From assembly GCA_019347775.1 (NCBI GenBank), contig JAHWKP010000001.1, positions 1 through 40,891 of the forward strand: DNA of 40,891 nucleotides, given 5' to 3'. Under the pieces are notes generated by a model. The model was not told the DNA's origin. It did no database searches and saw nothing but the letters and a program-made list of their open reading frames with translations. Source of the stretch: Actinomycetota bacterium. Lineage in GTDB: Bacteria; Actinomycetota; Acidimicrobiia; Acidimicrobiales; JAHWKP01. Shown piece after piece: positions 38,517 through 40,891 of the stretch (position 1 is its first letter; each line of letters opens with the position of its first letter). The translations under genes were made by a program, and so were the position numbers.

Positions 38517-39428
38517 ATGTCGCCCGCCCCAACCCGGATCGCTGCGTTTTTCGATCTCGACAAGACCGTTATCGCCAAGGCTTCCATGGCGGCCTTCGGT
38601 GGGACGCTGTATCGGGATGGTCTCCTCAGCCGGCGCATACTCCTTCGCGCCGCCTGGTCCCAACTGGTCTTCCTGCACCTCGGAGCGAGTGAGGAAAAAC
38701 TCGTCCAGATCAGGGAGAAGGTCCTCCGTCTGACCAAAGGCTGGGACCGGTCGCGGGTGCGGGCGCTGGTCCGAGAGGCGATGGACGAAGTCGTCGAGCC
38801 GATCATCTACGCCGAGGCACTCGAGTTGATCGAGTACCACCGAGCCGAAGGCCACCGCCTGGTGATCGTGTCGGCCTCCCCAGTAGAGATCGTCGAGCCC
38901 CTTGCCGACTACCTCGACATCTCCGACGCCATCGCCAGCGTGGCGCGGGTCGATGAGAACGGGCTCTACACGGGCGAGATGGAGCGCTACTCCTACGGGC
39001 CCTACAAGGCCGAGGCCATGAACGAGTTGGCCGAGCGTTATGGGTTGGATCTGTCGGAGTCCTACGCCTATTCGGACTCGGCCACCGACCTGCCCATGCT
39101 CGAGGCGGTAGGGCACCCCGTCGCCGTGAATCCCGACAAGGTGCTGGCCCGCCTGGCCGCTGACCGGGGCTGGGAGGTCCGCCACTTCGTGCGACCGGTG
39201 CGGCTGCGAGACCGGGTTCCGGTGCCGCCACCAGTGCCCACCGCGGCCATAGGGCTCGCCGCGGCTGCGGCCGGCACGGCCATCGCCATCCTGCGAAGCC
39301 GACGTCGGCGGCCGCTTCCGCCGCCGAAGAGGACCGCCATGCTCGCCGCCCAGGCTGCCGCGGCCGCCGCCGCGATCAAGCCAGTTCTGAGGCGATCACG
39401 GCAAGCGCCCCCATCACGGAGACGCTGA
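38517..39428 (+). CDS. HAD-superfamily subfamily IB hydrolase (SerB-like) with a C-terminal hydrophobic/basic extension
   Basis: Has motif I AAFFDLDKTVI (DxDxT), motif II LVIVSASP and motif IV AYSDSATDLPML. The C-terminal ~70 aa contain a hydrophobic stretch and Arg/Pro-rich tails. Confidence 0.85.
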   Translation: MSPAPTRIAAFFDLDKTVIAKASMAAFGGTLYRDGLLSRRILLRAAWSQLVFLHLGASEEKLVQIREKVLRLTKGWDRSRVRALVREAMDEVVEPIIYAEALELIEYHRAEGHRLVIVSASPVEIVEPLADYLDISDAIASVARVDENGLYTGEMERYSYGPYKAEAMNELAERYGLDLSESYAYSDSATDLPMLEAVGHPVAVNPDKVLARLAADRGWEVRHFVRPVRLRDRVPVPPPVPTAAIGLAAAAAGTAIAILRSRRRRPLPPPKRTAMLAAQAAAAAAAIKPVLRRSRQAPPSRRR

Positions 39429-40092
39429 GCACCGCAGCCTTTGTGCGACCGGCGTCGAGGTGGGCAGCGAGGCCTCGCGACGCCCAGAATCCGAGCAGCA
39501 CCGGCGGCTGGATCAGAAGCGCCAGTCCGAGCTCCGCAGCGCCGAGGTTTCCCACAACTGCGAGCGCCGCGATCGAGATCAGTCCGCCGATGACGAAGAT
39601 CACCGACAAGGTGCCGCGGATGACGGGACCGCGCTGGCTGGCGTAGACCACGGCCAGCGGTGGGCCACCGATCGACGACACGGTCCCTGAGAACCCCGAT
39701 ACCAGTCCCGCTCCGACGAGCGTCGTCGGCGTGGGCCGCAGCCCGAGATTGACCAGGTTCAGCCCAACCGCCAGCAGCACCGCCAATCCGACGGCGATCG
39801 CGATGCCACTGGTCGAGATCGAGGCGACGAGCAGGGCTCCGAGCACCGTTCCCGGGAGCCTCCCGTACATGACCCAGCGCATGCCGCTCCAGTCGACATG
39901 AGCACGGTCACGCCGGGCGATGAGAACGGTGAGGGCCACCGCAGCCAAGAGCAGTGGGCCGGGCACCAGCCGAGGTTCGACCAGCGCGACGAGTGGCGCG
40001 GCGAGCAGGTTCATCCCGAAGCCGAGTCCGCCTTGCACCGCCGCCGCGCCTCCGAGCACGACAAACACGACGGCGTACTGCAGTGGACTCAC
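39376..40092 (-). CDS. TauE/SafE-family anion exporter
   Basis: 238 aa with 7-8 TM segments. The N-terminus VVLGGAAAVQGGLGFGMNLLAAPL and the internal repeat SGFSGTVSSIGGPPLAV are typical of the family. Confidence 0.82.
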   Translation of the reverse strand: MSPLQYAVVFVVLGGAAAVQGGLGFGMNLLAAPLVALVEPRLVPGPLLLAAVALTVLIARRDRAHVDWSGMRWVMYGRLPGTVLGALLVASISTSGIAIAVGLAVLLAVGLNLVNLGLRPTPTTLVGAGLVSGFSGTVSSIGGPPLAVVYASQRGPVIRGTLSVIFVIGGLISIAALAVVGNLGAAELGLALLIQPPVLLGFWASRGLAAHLDAGRTKAAVLSVSVMGALAVIASELA

Positions 40093-40141
40093 TCCGGGAA
40101 TCCTGCCCGCGAACGCACATCGCCGGGTTAGCGTCGGACAT

Positions 40142-40234
40142 GGAGGTGTCAGCTGACCTGGTGGCAGCCCCCGCCTTCAAAGCGGGTGGGACGGGCGATC
40201 CCCGTCCGGCGGGTTCGATTCCCGTCCACCTCCG
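40142..40234 (+). tRNA. selC: tRNA-Sec (anticodon TCA)
   Basis: 93 nt. The acceptor is GGAGGTG(T)/(C)CACCTCC and the anticodon loop CTTCAAA matches E. coli selC. It has a long variable arm (GGACGGG-CGATC-CCCGTCC), a T arm GCGGG-TTCGATT-CCCGT and discriminator G. The 8th acceptor pair is a T:C mismatch. No CCA is encoded. Confidence 0.8.
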
Positions 40235-40336
40235 CGTATTCGCCGTCGCAACCGAAGGTTGCTCGGCGAGCTAAATCGAGCGCGGCTACGCCGCCCGCTC
40301 AGGCTCCTCCGACTCGCGTCCGCGAGGAGCGCGTTG

Positions 40337-40669
40337 CTAGACGGCGAGGAGGTCGCGGGCGCCGGTGTCGCTGCTGGGGTGACGCAGCTTCGACATGGCC
40401 CTGGCTTCGATGTGGCGGATGCGCTCGCGGGTGAGGTTGAAGTGCTCCCCAACTTCCTCGAGGGTGCGGGCTTCGCCGCGGTCGAGACCGAAGCGCAGCC
40501 GGAGGATCTCCTTCTCCCGGTCGTCGAGCGGGCCGAGGAGGCGGTTGATCTCGTCGGGAAGCAGCGCCGTGGCCGCAACCTCGAAGGGCTGCTCGGCCGA
40601 CAGGTCGGGCACGACGTCGCCGAGTTCGGCGTCGCCGTCCTCGCGCAGCGGCTCCGACAGCGACGGCGA
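40337..40669 (-). pseudogene. Group 1/2 sigma-70 C-terminal fragment (region 3.2 linker plus region 4) with no region 2/3 upstream in any frame
   Basis: SLSEPLREDGDAELGDVVPD...REKEILRLRFGLDRGEARTLEEVGEHFNLTRERIRHIEARAMSKLRHP parallels the HrdB/SigA C-terminus almost block for block. The upstream part of the same frame is Arg/Pro/Ser junk, and the only in-frame start is GTG 40816. Confidence 0.55.
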
Positions 40670-40891
40670 CCCGGCGGTCGCGGCGCCGGACGGGCGGGGG
40701 CGTGAGCTCCAGCCGGCGGCTCTCGGTCGGCACCAGCGCGGTGTCGGCCTCGGCCATGAGGCGCTCGCGCAGGCTGGTGACGAACTGCGGCCGGGGTGCC
40801 GGAGCCGGCACGGCACGCATATCGGAGACCAGCTCGAGCAGGTCGGCGTACGACGACTCCTCGGCGCGGCCGTGGGCAGCGTCGACCAGGG
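40644..40891 (-). CDS. Partial CDS (runs off the right edge): anti-sigma-factor-like N-terminal segment, in a different frame from the sigma fragment
   Basis: The frame with high GC3 reads ...LVDAAHGRAEESSYADLLELVSDMRAVPAPAPRPQFVTSLRERLMAEADTALVPTESRRLELTPPPVRRRDRRVAVAVGAAA. From memory, this resembles the cytoplasmic segment plus Arg cluster that precedes the TM helix of actinobacterial anti-sigma factors. Downstream, this frame degenerates to Arg/Pro junk. Confidence 0.4.

Noticed and set aside
39376-39428. A 53-nt convergent overlap of the HAD hydrolase 3' end with the TauE/SafE 3' end.
   Set aside because: Both ends are low-complexity Ala/Arg/Pro-rich tails in stop-poor DNA. Such overlaps are common and are probably not functional antisense regulation. 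No structure or motif was seen in the overlap.
40235-40336. An integrated element or attachment site next to tRNA-Sec, considering the hairpins GCAACC-GAA-GGTTGC at 40249-40263 and GCTCCTC...GAGGAGC at about 40303-40330.
   Set aside because: There is no integrase, no direct repeat of the tRNA 3' end, and no compositional shift in the window. The hairpins are short and lack U-tracts. The rearranged sigma locus is reported separately.

Overview
This is a high-GC chromosomal backbone segment (G+C judged by eye at roughly two thirds, not computed). It looks like Actinomycetota, possibly an Acidimicrobiia-like lineage, but that is inference from gene order and protein style. Everything from 1 to 27776 is on the minus strand.

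Gene content, left to right:
- 258-14911: cofactor and housekeeping block: lysS, coaX, nadC, nadB, panD, a Rossmann/DUF2520-PanC fusion, folK, folB, an unusual phosphatase-fold gene, folP, folE, ftsH, hpt, tilS, and a DUF2342 Zn-protease. From memory, this order matches the conserved mycobacterial lysS..tilS neighbourhood.
- 14925-22023: rsrA/sigH, tRNA-Thr, holB, tmk, an MFS transporter, topA.
- 22083-25811: dedA, hppA (H+-PPase), and a DtxR-family regulator.
- 25857-30435: an APC-type permease divergent from two trkA genes, then an OB-fold gene and an rsbW/rsbV pair.
- 30516-38298: an FN3 membrane protein, a sortase, an LPXTG protein, and a compact Tad/Flp pilus locus.
- 38517-40891: a divergent HAD-IB hydrolase, a TauE/SafE exporter, tRNA-Sec, and at the right edge a sigma-70 C-terminal remnant joined out of frame to an anti-sigma-like N-terminus.

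I saw no CRISPR array, transposase, integrase, rRNA or recognisable defence genes.

The most unusual items:
1. A Cys-less PTP/DSP-fold protein with a histone-H1-like Lys/Ala tail, translationally coupled between folP and folB.
2. The sigH coding sequence starts 1 nt after the 3' end of tRNA-Thr.
3. The frame-switch junction next to tRNA-Sec.
4. An 8.7-kb same-strand envelope block (rsbV/W, FN3, sortase, LPXTG, Tad).
5. A dtxR-hppA-dedA operon.

All homology calls rest on motif recognition by eye, and no database search was run.
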